A DNA stretch of 35,906 nt from Catajapyx aquilonaris (taxonomy: Eukaryota), in assembly GCA_000934665.2 (NCBI GenBank), contig KZ539030.1, positions 1 through 35,906 on the forward strand, in the 5' to 3' direction. The notes below the pieces were generated by a model. It was not told the DNA's origin. It did no database searches and was given only the letters and a program-made list of their open reading frames with translations. Position numbers and translations under genes: made by a program. Positions 1 through 12,166 of the stretch are shown here, piece by piece. Position 1 is the stretch's first letter; every line of letters starts with the position of its first letter.

Positions 1-214
1 AGGTCATGTTTTTAGAGGATAAATTTCAAATCTAAGGATCCATTCTTCATCACACTTTTCAGGACATTAATGGCAATAAAAAGTACTATGAAGAACTGAT
101 CCCATCTTTTCACAATGACAGAGCCGTAAACAGGTACGACAAACAGGAATAGCATTTGTTTACGAATTGTTTCAATTAGCTCCTAAATTGCAATAAAAAC
201 CGTCTGCAACTTAC

Positions 215-3200
215 CGTTATAATAGAAAACATCATTTGTGCCACATTAAATGCATGCCTCCAGTTGTGGTAGGTGATGTGGCGATAGTTCTTCTTTACAC
301 TGAGGAGCCATCGACAGACAACTTCGTAGTCGATGTGGAACCTCTTTATCAGGTCCAGGTCAAGGAACATTCGTAAGCAGGCCTGAAAGAAATTAATATT
401 TGAAACTGCACATAAACACTTTCCTATGCATTAATCTTTATTTTTATTATTTTATTGCACACCTTGATTGTATCATCATCACTCATGTGATCATCATCAA
501 AGGCGAAGTCATGCAGGCGGTAATACTGAGCTGAAGGGATCTTATCACTCTGGAAAGAGGAGCAAGTTCCTTTATAGCAGTTGTGAAATCATAACAATCA
601 ATAAAAACGGTAAAATGCATCGGCAACGTGATGCCAATAAGCCAAAATGGCCAAAACTCACTTTCAATCTTCTGGCCTCCTCAATGGAGGCAGTGGCATG
701 GTAGCTGAGCACCTCAAGGGTAACCCTCTGTTTGGCCATAGCCGTGATTGCAGTCTCGTAGATGCGGGTGTTGTGGATGCCCATACCACAGAAGATGGCG
801 AAGGCCTCCACAAAGTTCTCGTCATTTGTAGTAAACCGAAGGTCATCAAATTTGTTGACCAGCTGTATCACTCCAATGATGTGTCCACAGGCGTTCTTGA
901 TGGGCATGCACAGGATGCTACGATGCGAGAAGGACGTGCCTTCATCAACTGACGGATCAAACTTCTCATCACGGTAAGCATCTGGAATATTCACTGTCTG
1001 AAAAGTGACGTGTAAAAGTCATTGTTAGAATCCTTAGCATCCCAGACGATATGTCAATGCTGCACAACTCATTCAACTCACCTCACCAACAGTAGCTACA
1101 TGCCCGGTGATTCCAACATTGATGGGGAACCTTCCTTCAAAAGGGCTAGTCCTTTCCTCTCCCTCTCCTTCCCCGTCCATGTCCTTCACCTCTAGGTCAA
1201 ACACCCGTGAAAAAGTCCCCTTGGAAGCTTCCTGCACCAGAAGCACTTGTGCTCTCTGGCACTGGATCAAGGAGAGGATGTGGGTCAGAATCCGATAAAC
1301 CACCCTCTCGATGGTGCTCTGATCCTCAAAGATCATCCTTGCCAGGTCCAGCAGCACTTGGTTCCTTTTCACTTCCAGCCGACTACGGTGATACGACTGG
1401 GCATTCCTCAGCCCAATCCCACAAAACTGCAGGTAGCGGGCAAAAATCCTCTCGTCATGTGGAGAAAAGCAGGGGGCATCCCTCTTGTTAATTACTTGTG
1501 CCACACCCATCACCCCTTCCCCAGTGCAGTCCTTGATTGGCAGGCACAACAGTGAGCGTGTGCGGTACCCTGTCGCAACATCCACTGACCGGTTGAAACG
1601 GGGATCTCTGCAAAGTTAAAAGATTTACTGTAATTTGGCTGACCTCTGCAAAACTTTAAGCATTAGCCTACTGTTTTGGCTCTTTATGACCCATCCCAAA
1701 ATGACTAAAATGTTGCTAGAGTGCGTACCTGTAAGCATCAGGTATGTTGACTGTCTCTCCACTCTCCGCTACGTATCCAACTATTCCCCTGCCCCAGGGA
1801 ACCCTGATTTCATTCCGCGTCTCCATGTCTTCAATAGTGCTCTGGGAGTTCACGTCAAATAACGTGGAAACAAGAAAGCGTGATTCTGGTGGACCTGCAG
1901 CAGCAATAAGAAATTTGAAATTAATAGGATGAATATTGTAATTTATTAATCACCAGCACGTAGTCAGTGACGTTAAGAAGAACGCTCCACCACAAACAAA
2001 ACATCATTACAAAACATTCTCCATGTGATATAAGCAGATATTAAAGCATAGTCACAACAAAAAAGTGATAAAATTGATAACCTCTACATGTTTTTAACGC
2101 CTTACTTCCAAAAAAGAGATCGATCAGGTACTGGATGTATGTAATCTTTGGTGCTACTGCTAATAGGTTGCTTATTGAATGATTCCGTTCAGCTGATTTT
2201 AACCGCAAAAATATTGCCCCTTCACGTAAGTTATTCTATTTTCCTATGTAAAATTATGGGGCAAAATCCCTCGTTTGGGTACCAACATGGGTCAAAACCA
2301 ACTTTGCACATAAATGCACTGCAGAAATAACTGGCTGCAATAGGACCAATGAGACAACTTACCCTCATTTCCTTGCACAAGGAACAGCGAAGACCTGTCT
2401 GCATTGGTGAGAATCCCCACGTTCTGAAGGATCTTGTGCCCCAAATTCCTCACATCCAAATCGTTAAAGATGTCCTGCAATTCAACAGTACTGGCTTAGC
2501 AAACGCTCAATTCATTTAAACATGCACAAATATTATCAGACTTTTCCGGCACATTTGTAAATCATTCTACATTGTACTATCAGTTGCTCACCTTGACGAG
2601 TTCAAATATGAGCTCTCTTTCATCCAGGGCCTCCAGCTCTGTCCTACTCTTCCTTTGCATCTTGGACAGTAGTCCCTCACACTGCATCATTCCGGTGGGA
2701 GGACTAAGGAAGGTGGGGGTGCCATCAATGGTGGTGACAATAGGTTTCACCAGGCCGCCCCTCTCAAACTCGTGTGCAGAGATCTTCCTCACGGGGGTGG
2801 CATTCCCCGAACTGCCCCTGGACGATGCAGAGCCCGTGGCAGTGGCAGCAACGGAGGAGAGGTTGTTGTGGGGGGCTGAGAGAGAGTTGTGAACAGGAGA
2901 GGTGGCATTGTTGCCTGGGAGGTCAGACAGACCCGAGCCCATCACAGGCTGCGGGACTGCATGGGAGACCAGCCATGCGTCCACCATCTGGCACGTTGCC
3001 TTCCTGAAATAACAGCCGTCATCAATGCAAAGTACTGGAAAGTGACAGACCAAGTGCAATTATTATGATAAAAGCAATCCAATACTGCCTGGAGGTGAGC
3101 TCTCCCGCAGCAATATTTTCAAAATTTGACAGTTTTAAAGCCAATGTTACATTACAAGACCCAACAAACGTGCATGTCACATATTGAAATGATACCTAAA

Positions 3201-3416
3201 GAAGGTAAAAGTACTCGCTCACTTATGATGTCTGTCCGTTCGTTTGTGAGAGTCCAGAAGAAGCTTAGGGCCTGACCTGAGGAAGTAATCACAGACAAAG
3301 TCTGGGTGCTCGTCCAGCCATGCCTCCATGCGAGCGTACTCCGAGTCGTAGTGGTACTTGTGCCCATTTTCCCCAACTGACGGTGCCATGGTGCCAGGGG
3401 GGGACTCCGCTGTCAT
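215..3416 (-). CDS. Pde11: Dual 3',5'-cyclic-AMP and -GMP phosphodiesterase 11 (GAF-A, GAF-B, start of the PDEase catalytic domain); 3'-partial, continues beyond window start
   Basis: Minus-strand exons with GT-AG introns and consistent phases: 3416-3277, 3003-2592, 2474-2363, 1894-1729, 1607-1082, 997-662, 549-463, 382-215 (1947 nt = 649 codons, no stops). Motifs: YARMEAWLDEHPDFVCDYFLRKAT; TPVRKISAHEFERGGL(V)KPIV (insect Pde11-like; RKIS corresponds to the PDE5 RKISASEF PKA/PKG site); GAF-A ...VNIPDAYRDPRFN...NKRDAPCFSPHDE; GAF-B NKFDDLRFTTNDE; catalytic start SVKKNYRHITYHNWRHAFNVAQMMF. Pde11 rather than Pde6 is by recalled motif similarity. Confidence 0.92.
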
Positions 3417-3968
3417 TCTGTTCTCCTCTCCCCTTATGGACAGCCCTGTGGATAGAATAATTACAGTGCAATTAGGTACATGCCACGACTATCACAACTA
3501 GCACACTGAAGCTGAAGGTCACAAAAACGGGGAACGGATTGAACTACAAAATCAAATGTTACTACAAGAAATCTGAAATGTCTCATGGAATAATGAGAGA
3601 CAATTTGTGTCTTTTTTCTCTCCAGTCCTGATTGCTTTACATGCTCCCAATTACTATTTTTCAGATATTTATTAACCCTAATAAGGTTCGTCTCGCATGT
3701 CGGAATGCAGGCTTGGAGGCAAAAGTCTTCCTTCTGCCATATAACGACCTTGCAAAATAACAGCACGATGCATGTGAAACCAAGCCTGAGGTGTAGCTCC
3801 AATCGTAAACAGGAAACACAATAGTGTCAGCACACTTCATATCAGTTCATGCATCATAATCACAAGCTCAGAAATGTATAAGAAAACCCCCACACACTGC
3901 GACAGGCCCATAGCAATGAGTGCAATTTAATAGTGTAACCAATTTTGAAAAACTACACTGCAAACCGC

Positions 3969-4223
3969 AAAACATTAAAAGAGCATCACTGGTGAGTCTC
4001 CCAGGAACATCAATTTTTAATGCCCTTCTTATGATGCTTTTGTAATGCTCTTTTAATGTTTTCGTTGCTTTTAGCAACAAAAAGCATTACAAGAGCATCA
4101 CAACTTATTAGTGATGCTCTTTAATGCTCTTGTAATGTTTTTTTAATGCTTTTTAGTAGCTAAAAACATTAAGAGAGTGTCACAATAGCATTTTTAAAAA
4201 TGTTTTCCCATGGGTGACACTCT
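3969..4223. repeat. Foldback-like element built from nested inverted copies of a ~20 bp unit
   Basis: AAAACATTAAAAGAGCAT (3969-3986) is the exact reverse complement of 4045-4062. CATTACAAGAGCAT (4085-4098) pairs with 4124-4137, AGAGCATCAC (4092-4101) with 4111-4120, and AGAGTGTCAC (4174-4183) with 4214-4223. Confidence 0.75.
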
Positions 4224-4469
4224 TTTGATTCTTTGTGGTTTACAGTGTAGTGAACCTTGCCAAAACGTAATAAAACTGCCCGGGCCTGCGGGCCACCAAT
4301 TGTCCACGTAGTACCATACCCTTCACAATAGATGGCGCATCATCCCTCTCTGCACACTACTGCCACTCAGGGTGGTGCGATGGGTATTGGTACCACATGC
4401 ACCAGGGACAAACACACAAACTTTCCGTTTTATATAATTGTAATATATAAGATTTGTGTGTGCACTTAC

Positions 4470-4550
4470 CCAGCTGCCTTCGCGGGTTCCAAACCACGGG
4501 GGGCGAAGGATTACCGGCAAGAGAGGCCAGCTTGGCTGCTCTGCGCAGAC
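4470..4550 (-). other. Probable upstream (5' UTR or alternative N-terminal) exon of Pde11
   Basis: Minus strand TTTTTGTTTGCAG|GTCTGCGC...GCAGCTGG|GTAAGTG gives a strong acceptor and a consensus donor. The exon is 81 nt and phase 1-1. The ATG-containing exon has its own acceptor (TTCTATCCACAG| before 3445), so upstream exons are expected. The frame joins without a stop. Confidence 0.6.
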
Positions 4551-5972
4551 CTGCAAACAAAAACACCTCCAATGAAACAAAATTGCGACAAAACACTTAA
4601 TTGCACCCGGCGCTATAAAGATATATATAAAAAAACGGCGCCCTAACCTTCGCGTGTCTTGCACCACAAACACACAATGACCCACCTCAAATACTTTTTT
4701 CAGACCAATTACGCACGACATTGAAACCATTTTGTTGCAACAGTCCGCTGATAACTGACCATTGACCGTGCAGGCCCCTCCAGGTAAACTGAAGCATTGA
4801 CCATGAAAGGAGGTTTACATAAGAACTGTCTGTTGGAAGTCACTGCCATTCACAACCCATGAATGCAAAGGTCAAGGTCTCATAATCAGGGTCAGGGATT
4901 TCTCTCGAAATTGCAAAATGTTATGAAATGTTCAGATTACTTTTCAATGCATTGACAATGCTCAGGAAATATCCTAGTTACAGCAGACATGTGACCTTCA
5001 TGTTCATTCATTGCATTTGGTGCATTATCATGTGTCTTCCAAACAATACTGCATAACACTTAGTAAACACACAGACTCATTGTATGACATTAACGAAATT
5101 TCTGACACCACATTATTAGACAATGGCACATGCCGTACATTGGTATTTCCCTCGCACATATCCAAGTGCCTGTACACATAATCGGGATGTGACATGTTCT
5201 GTGACATTCAGTGACCTGATATAGTATTTGCATCCTTTGACGTCATCAATGCCTAGGAAAAGGAGACGCCACACTTTTGCCAAGGCGGATTTTGACTTAC
5301 TATGATAACGTATCAAATGTTCGCACTATATTGTTCAAGTACACAGTACGCAATACCAAGGTCGCAGGTACGCGTCTGACCTGATCTGACCAGCCGGGTT
5401 TTGCAAAACATAAACAAAAGGAAAGTAAAAAAGATGGCAATGAACTCGACTTGATAAAGACGCGCAAATATTTTGACTACAAAAAAAGGCACGTGACGTC
5501 AATCAAGACATGAACTTCAAGCATCAGAAAAATTACGATCGAATTATCAGTCGACATCATGCAACAAAATCACGCTATTCCTTAACTACACACACCTATC
5601 ATCTTGGCATTCTAACAAGACCAATTATATTCATCACACTGTCAAAAAAAAAAAATCGTCCAAAACAATATTAGTTTTTCAGGAATCGACAGTACTGACA
5701 ACACAAGCCTTTTAATTGTTAATTACATTACAGAAGTTCAAAGTTTACCAATAACCGGCCCTTCAATACAGTGTGCTACAATATTACTATCGTTAGTAGC
5801 CTGCAATATAATCCCTATAGCTTTTTTGCTGAAGCTGTACGGGTAGCTCATAAAGGCGACTTTGCTCGAGTCCTGCGGAAGTTTCCAATTACGATATCTA
5901 ATTAACAGGAGGATCGATATTGCCAATACACTTAGTAAGGCACAGTAATAAAAAAAGGGGGGGAGGGCTTAC

Positions 5973-6147
5973 CTTTTTCGCAAGTTGGGATTAAGAAAAT
6001 TTTTCCGAGACTGCTAACTGTTGCTGGGTAAAACAAACACTGCCAACCACAACCAATGGAAAGACCCGGCGGAAAAAAAACGGAGAAAAAAAAACCACTT
6101 TCAGGGTCACTACACACGTAGCGGAAGCTACTATCGCGAATATTTTA
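5973..6147 (-). other. Candidate first or 5' leader exon of Pde11 (5' boundary uncertain)
   Basis: Strong minus-strand donor GAAAAAG|GTAAGC at 5973/5972. CpG-containing, ATG-free sequence typical of a 5' leader. Phase is compatible with the 4470-4550 exon. Confidence 0.4.
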
Positions 6148-9100
6148 GCCCGAGACCAATCGCAGCCTCAAAACGTTACTAACAAATCAAAAAAACGCGA
6201 TTACATTTAGCTAATTATTTACCGCTTCCACATCCAGACGTGATTAACAGTTTTTTTTCATATTTTTCCTCAAACAAATGTCATATGTCGCCATTGCTTC
6301 TAGTAACATAATAACAGTTGTGCAAGTGATATAACCAGTTCTCATTATACGCAACTGATCATCTATTGCAGCTCATATTACAACAGTGCGTATCAATGCA
6401 CAATTTAATCAGCTTACAGCCCATATTGCCCACAACAATGCTACGAACTCAATTTTTAAAATAAATTAAACAATATTAATCCTGACACATTCATTCAGCA
6501 CATACACACTTGCTCACCCGCCCACACATGTAAAGTGCCTAAAATTAGTGCAGGATGCAAACCTTTTGCCACCTACAAGCACGTGCGTCTTATCTCAGAA
6601 TTTAAAATGTGCCTACCAAAGTATCCGGACTCTGCCAAAATATTTCGCCATCAAAATCACGATTGGCAACCACTAGGATTCATATTCCATTACTGGGGAG
6701 ATCCCCCTTGAAATGTATGGAGAGTGCCAGGATAATATTTGCACAAATTTTCTTCGAAATCACTTTATTTGCAGGCAACTGGGTCAAAACCCGCATGCAA
6801 AATCAAGTAGGAAAATAAAGGCCAGATTATTCGTATATGAAAGACAAAGGCAGTTGCCGCATATAATTGACCGCGAAATGCAGGTGAGACTATGCAGATA
6901 AGGTCGCTTTGTAAATATTTATGTCGTGTCTCCTCCGGTCTGCCCTTCTTTATTATTTCAATGCTCACAAATTATTACAACAGAATGTGCAATCCATTTT
7001 AATATTAAATTCCTAATCCCCTAGTGACATGTCGGTCAGCTGTCAAGTGACATAACCATTTGTCGATATCCTTTGTGGAAAAAGCCTTGAAGCAACACTA
7101 TACCAGTCTGCTAAAAGAATTGGTTTAAAAATACAATTCCGGTAATGCGCCTGAAAAGCAATTCGCCAAATCATGAATCAATCACGATTGCACCAGCTGG
7201 CATCCTCACACACAAAAATATACAAATGACAGCTGGACTTGACATCCGGTTTAGTCACCATCCAACCAAATTTGCAATAATTCGCTAAACTTGTGCAGAA
7301 AACCATTACACACACAAAAGATCAATACCCATCCCCATTAAATTTTCAAACCAAAAAAAAAACGTCCTATTTCGACATCACTTTTCATCCGCTTCATAAC
7401 AGCCCCTGGGCTATCAAGTTACGACAAAAGCGGTTTGATATTACGTTATCCGTTTTTCTTCCCTTACCCCCCAAACCCATCCCTCCCCCTCCTTTTTTTA
7501 TTATTATTTAGCGGTCATATGCCCTATAGTCTGCTGCTTCCAGCCGAGGTTAATAATTGCGAAGTGTCCTGATCAGGAAGAGCGCAGCTTGAGGCCATGC
7601 GGATGTTTAGAAATGGACGAAACGGTATATGCAAGGTAACAATTGAGTATTTAGCAGTCAACGTAAGAAGCTTTATCTGTATGTGACCCAGGTCTTTAAC
7701 CGCGTTAATCGGTTGGTTAGGGCTGGATAGGTTTACAAAATTTTGGCCATTGTTCATTGAACACTGCGTCATACCATTTACAGGAACTTTATCACACCAA
7801 CTATGCATGAAGGTAAGTGTGAAATTATATAATTATGTGGCGCAGACCCTAGGTCAATCGATGATCTGATTTGCATATAATCGGATTGGAGCGAATAAAG
7901 AAAGTGTGATTCAGGATGCGGACAAAAAAAAAAAAACTGCTGCAGTGTAATTATGTGTCTCCCCCAACGAAATTCCCCTTAGATTATTGATTCACTAAAT
8001 TCTGTAGACCTTCCCCTTTATATAGGCGCTTCTGATAGCAATCGCCTCCCAATAACTTACATATTAAAAATTCGTCCCACAAAAATTCAAGGCCACAAAA
8101 ATTTCAAAACAAACGCATATTTAACACATTAAAAAAATTTAAAGACCCCCATATGTGCACATACCAGCCAGAGAAGACCTCCATCCTTGTCCTCAAGGGG
8201 GTCAAGCACCTCCCCTGGCTGATGTCCGAGTTAATAACGTCTCTTTGCGGAGGACAAGATGCTGACCTTGTCCTTGTTTACCAATCTTCAACCCTGTCGG
8301 GGCGGGATATCGTGTGTCTCTCCGATAAAATGTCACATATATATGTAATGCCCAATAGTATATAGAACCAGACTGTTCCGCTGTGGAATGGGAAATGCCG
8401 CGAAAAAGCGACCCTCGTGTTAGCAATGGGGACCTACTATCGGTTTTGACACACATGCGCACATGTGCTTGCCGCGCCCCTTGCACACGCGCTTATTGCA
8501 CTTGTAACATTGCCCGAAAGATAAGTCGCATTTAAAAATTAATTTTTCTTAAGACATTTCATTTTCATTTCATTGATTTAACCTCCCTGTCTTATTTCGG
8601 ACAGGGAAGGAATTTTCATATAGCGTTTACGCAACACTACCCAAACTAATAAATTGTCCAGTTTTACGTAAGCTGACTTGCCCATCTGTTTTTGCCTAAA
8701 AATGTCGGCAGTGTTTAATATTAGACCATTTTTTTTGCAACGAAAAACTACCCTTCTAATTTTTTGTTGCCTGTCGTCAGTACGAGTGACAAATGATACT
8801 GCAACAGATGCGGCACAAATCGGTCACTTAGATAACATCCGGAGAAGCAATGTAGCCAACTGTTCAAATTTTCGCAAAGTACAGCTGGTCTGATTTAATT
8901 CAATTAAGACATAATCAATTTGAAGAAAAAAAACTAATGTGCATTGTAATGTCTATAATATCGGAATCGAACCTTGAGCATTAACGTCACAATAGCATCC
9001 AATGACCTGCAACATGTTTTAAACAATGGAACAAACAAAGCCTGACGTCACTCCAACTTCAATTACCGGGCTGAATTTTTGCAGCCTGTAATAGCTTCTA

Positions 9101-12100
9101 AAAATGGAATTTTCCACCAATATTCCCCCACAAATTTTTATTAATAGTGACGCACCATGCCATCAAAAGTGTCCTTCCATTCCTTCAAGCCCCCGTAAAG
9201 CACATCAAAAATAGCCGCAAAAAGTACGAGCCAAAAATAAATAAATCCCACGTCATCCTCAAAATCCAAGACCTTGCGCAAATTGGCCTCCCAAAAACTT
9301 TTGCTACCGAACAATACCAAATGGTCCTATACAAACCCACGCCTTCTATAAATAACTGGCCATCCAACTCTTACCCGGAACCATCCACCGGAACTATGCA
9401 CTTGACCTATACGTACAGGAAATGCGAGTATTGGAAAGTGCAGGCGCTTAGAACGTGGGTCATAAAATAGTAATCGCGGTTTAAACGGGCTGCCCACACA
9501 TATATGCAGCACATGCTGAGGGTTACATTATGGGATGTTTGTTTTCGGCGCATATTAAAGTTACGGTACATCCTGTAGAAAGTGGCCACAATACTTCATC
9601 AGATGGGGAGGGGAAAAAAAGTTCAGAAGTCAATAGAAAGGAATGGAAGCCCTTCTTTTTCTTTGGTTTCTTTTTTTGCCATACAAAAACCGCAAACTAC
9701 CGCAGCCAAACCTCACACGACGGTGGTGGGCATCGACCCTTCAGTTTCCACCGAACCTAAAGAGTGGTACTCATTTCTAGCTCTGATTGCCTGTTTGTTC
9801 CTGAAGAGAGAAAATTAGAGAAAATTGCTATATACCAGAAGGTTGGAAAAAAAATGGAGGCAAAAAAAAAAACATGAGGGTGACGATCTCTAAAGACTGT
9901 CTCCACGTGTTGTCACCGAGTCGATATTCTTTGTAATTTCAAATGTGCTGGGCGTGATATTTGAAACTGTCTTTTAAAAATCAGCCAAGTTCAACTGGCA
10001 ATAAAAAAAATTAAGCACTCCAAGTAATATTATGAAAGTCTGTGGACCTGGATTTTAAAAAAAAAAAAAAAGTTAAGATTCGACCCCCTGGAAACTGTCT
10101 AATTACTTTTTTTGAAGAGTGGTTTTTCCCCCAACGATGTCGCGGGGGTTTAAACGGTCAATATCAGACTTTGGATTTCGCCAGTTACGTGATCAGAAAA
10201 CGTCGGCAAAATGAGCCAACTTCGGTAAACTCCCAGATGAATGACGTCACATTTCAATTTACTCTGGAAATACAGAGACCCAAATTTATCATGGTCGAAT
10301 TTAGGTTGCCAATAAATAAACAGGCAGCAAAATTCGCATGTAAATGATTCAATTATTCCAAGTAACATACTGCAGATTTAGGCTATTGCAATAGTCGGCC
10401 CACATTGGTCTCCTTATCTCTTGAAATCCAAGCAACAGATAAACCGTTATAGTGATAAAGGGCAAAGTACCCTGCTGTAACAACTGAGTCCGACCACATG
10501 TTTACCATTCGGTAATTTTCCTAGTAACTGATACACTATCGAAATGTTTCCGCATATACGCTATATGCAAATTGGGGCGCTCCTGCCACGAGGACCGCAT
10601 GTGGACACCTGAAGTAGTATACATGTGCACGTCACGCGATGGAAAGGGTTAAAGGTCATTCAATGACCGTGAAGGTGTGTGAGTGAAAAGTATATACGCA
10701 ACCATAACCTGCGCACAAAGCCAATCTCATATGACGTACGCCGATGATCGTGCGACACAACCATTTGTTTAGACTGCAAGTTCATGGTAAATCAACGATA
10801 GGACAAAAAGCCACATACAGCGAAACATATCTGTGAAGTACGGGTACAGCGGAAACTTTCCACGACTTTGTCCCCCAACGAAGGATATTCGAGCCATAAT
10901 GGAACTTGTTCAGTATGCAATTTTTTGCTGGAATGATTTATTGGCCTGCTTTGGCGCATTGGCAACTTGGATCTACTACGCTAACAGCAATGTGATAGAG
11001 CAAATACGATTACATTAAATAATTTAATAGTTGCAATTAGATTATATTAAACAACACATCTAGTGAATGGAATAAAATTGAGAAACATGTTCAGTGTGTA
11101 CTAACTAAATAAAGGCATATAAATTAGCATGTGTTCCGCATACATATTGCCAATGCACATCATGAATACTCACACTACGAATTATGCGGTAATTCCGAGG
11201 ACCATTTTCGTCATAAATACACTACAACTTATCACCAGAAGGAAATAAGTCCAGCTCATCCACTCAAAACATTTTGTGAAAATCACTGTCCAACTAAACC
11301 TCGTGGTGACCTGGTGACAAACCACAATGCAAATCACACATGTAAAATATAAGCACCAAACCGCATCCCAAAAAACCAGTAGCCACACCGACACTTACGA
11401 CCCTATCAACATGACGTCCAATGGTTGTATAACCGCCTAATAAACAAAACCCTATACACCCCCCATAAAAAACTTACCCAAAACCAGTTTCTTCCTTGCC
11501 CTTTCCCACATGGTCATCCAAGAGACACAACCGTCCGTACGGGCGATCGAATCGCATTTGAACCTCGCAGAAAAATTACTTTACAAAAAAAAAAACGCGA
11601 GCGTATCTTTTGACGCAAATCCTCCCCAACGCCCCCCTTCCCCAGTTATTGTATCTCTTGCTAGCCAATAGGAGTCGAGACCAATTGCTATGAGATGTAC
11701 TTGAAACTGTCAACTTTGGCGTGTGTGCAATCTTCGAATCTAGTGGAAGGATGAGACTTTGTGGAAGGTGGGGGTTGGGGGGGGGGGGAGAGAGTGTGCG
11801 TTATCGCTACTGTAACCTTGGCAAAGGCGCAAGAAACTCCTGATAGGGCACACACTGTACGTGGTAGGTATACAGACTGTACCAAGAAGTGCGTCTGTGC
11901 AGTAAAGGTTGTTGAACTAGTACGCAATTTGGGTCATATGCAATACGGTGGGACATGAGGCTGATATTTCCGTGCGGCATGGCATGTAACAAAATCATAT
12001 TTACACATATTAATATTAAAATTAATTACCTACAAATTTTTCAACATACATACAGTACCCACAGTATAACGTTTCAAAAGCGGACCTCTCCCCCTCCACT

Positions 12101-12120
12101 CCCCGCCAAGCACCAAGCGA

Positions 12121-12166
12121 TCTGATTGGTGGAGCACAAGCCCTCTGCTCTGCTCCACCAATCAGA
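12121..12166. repeat. Perfect 16 bp inverted repeat, possibly the core of a small non-autonomous element spanning ~12071-12208
   Basis: TCTGATTGGTGGAGCA (12121-12136) and TGCTCCACCAATCAGA (12151-12166) with a 14 nt spacer. An outer short pair GTTTCAAA (12071) / TTTGAAAC (12201) flanks it. Confidence 0.65.

Noticed and set aside
468..3007. Plus-strand ORFs overlapping Pde11 (e.g. 647-952, 1247-1555, 2572-2892)
   Set aside because: Antisense shadows of genuine minus-strand exons, with no recognisable motifs.
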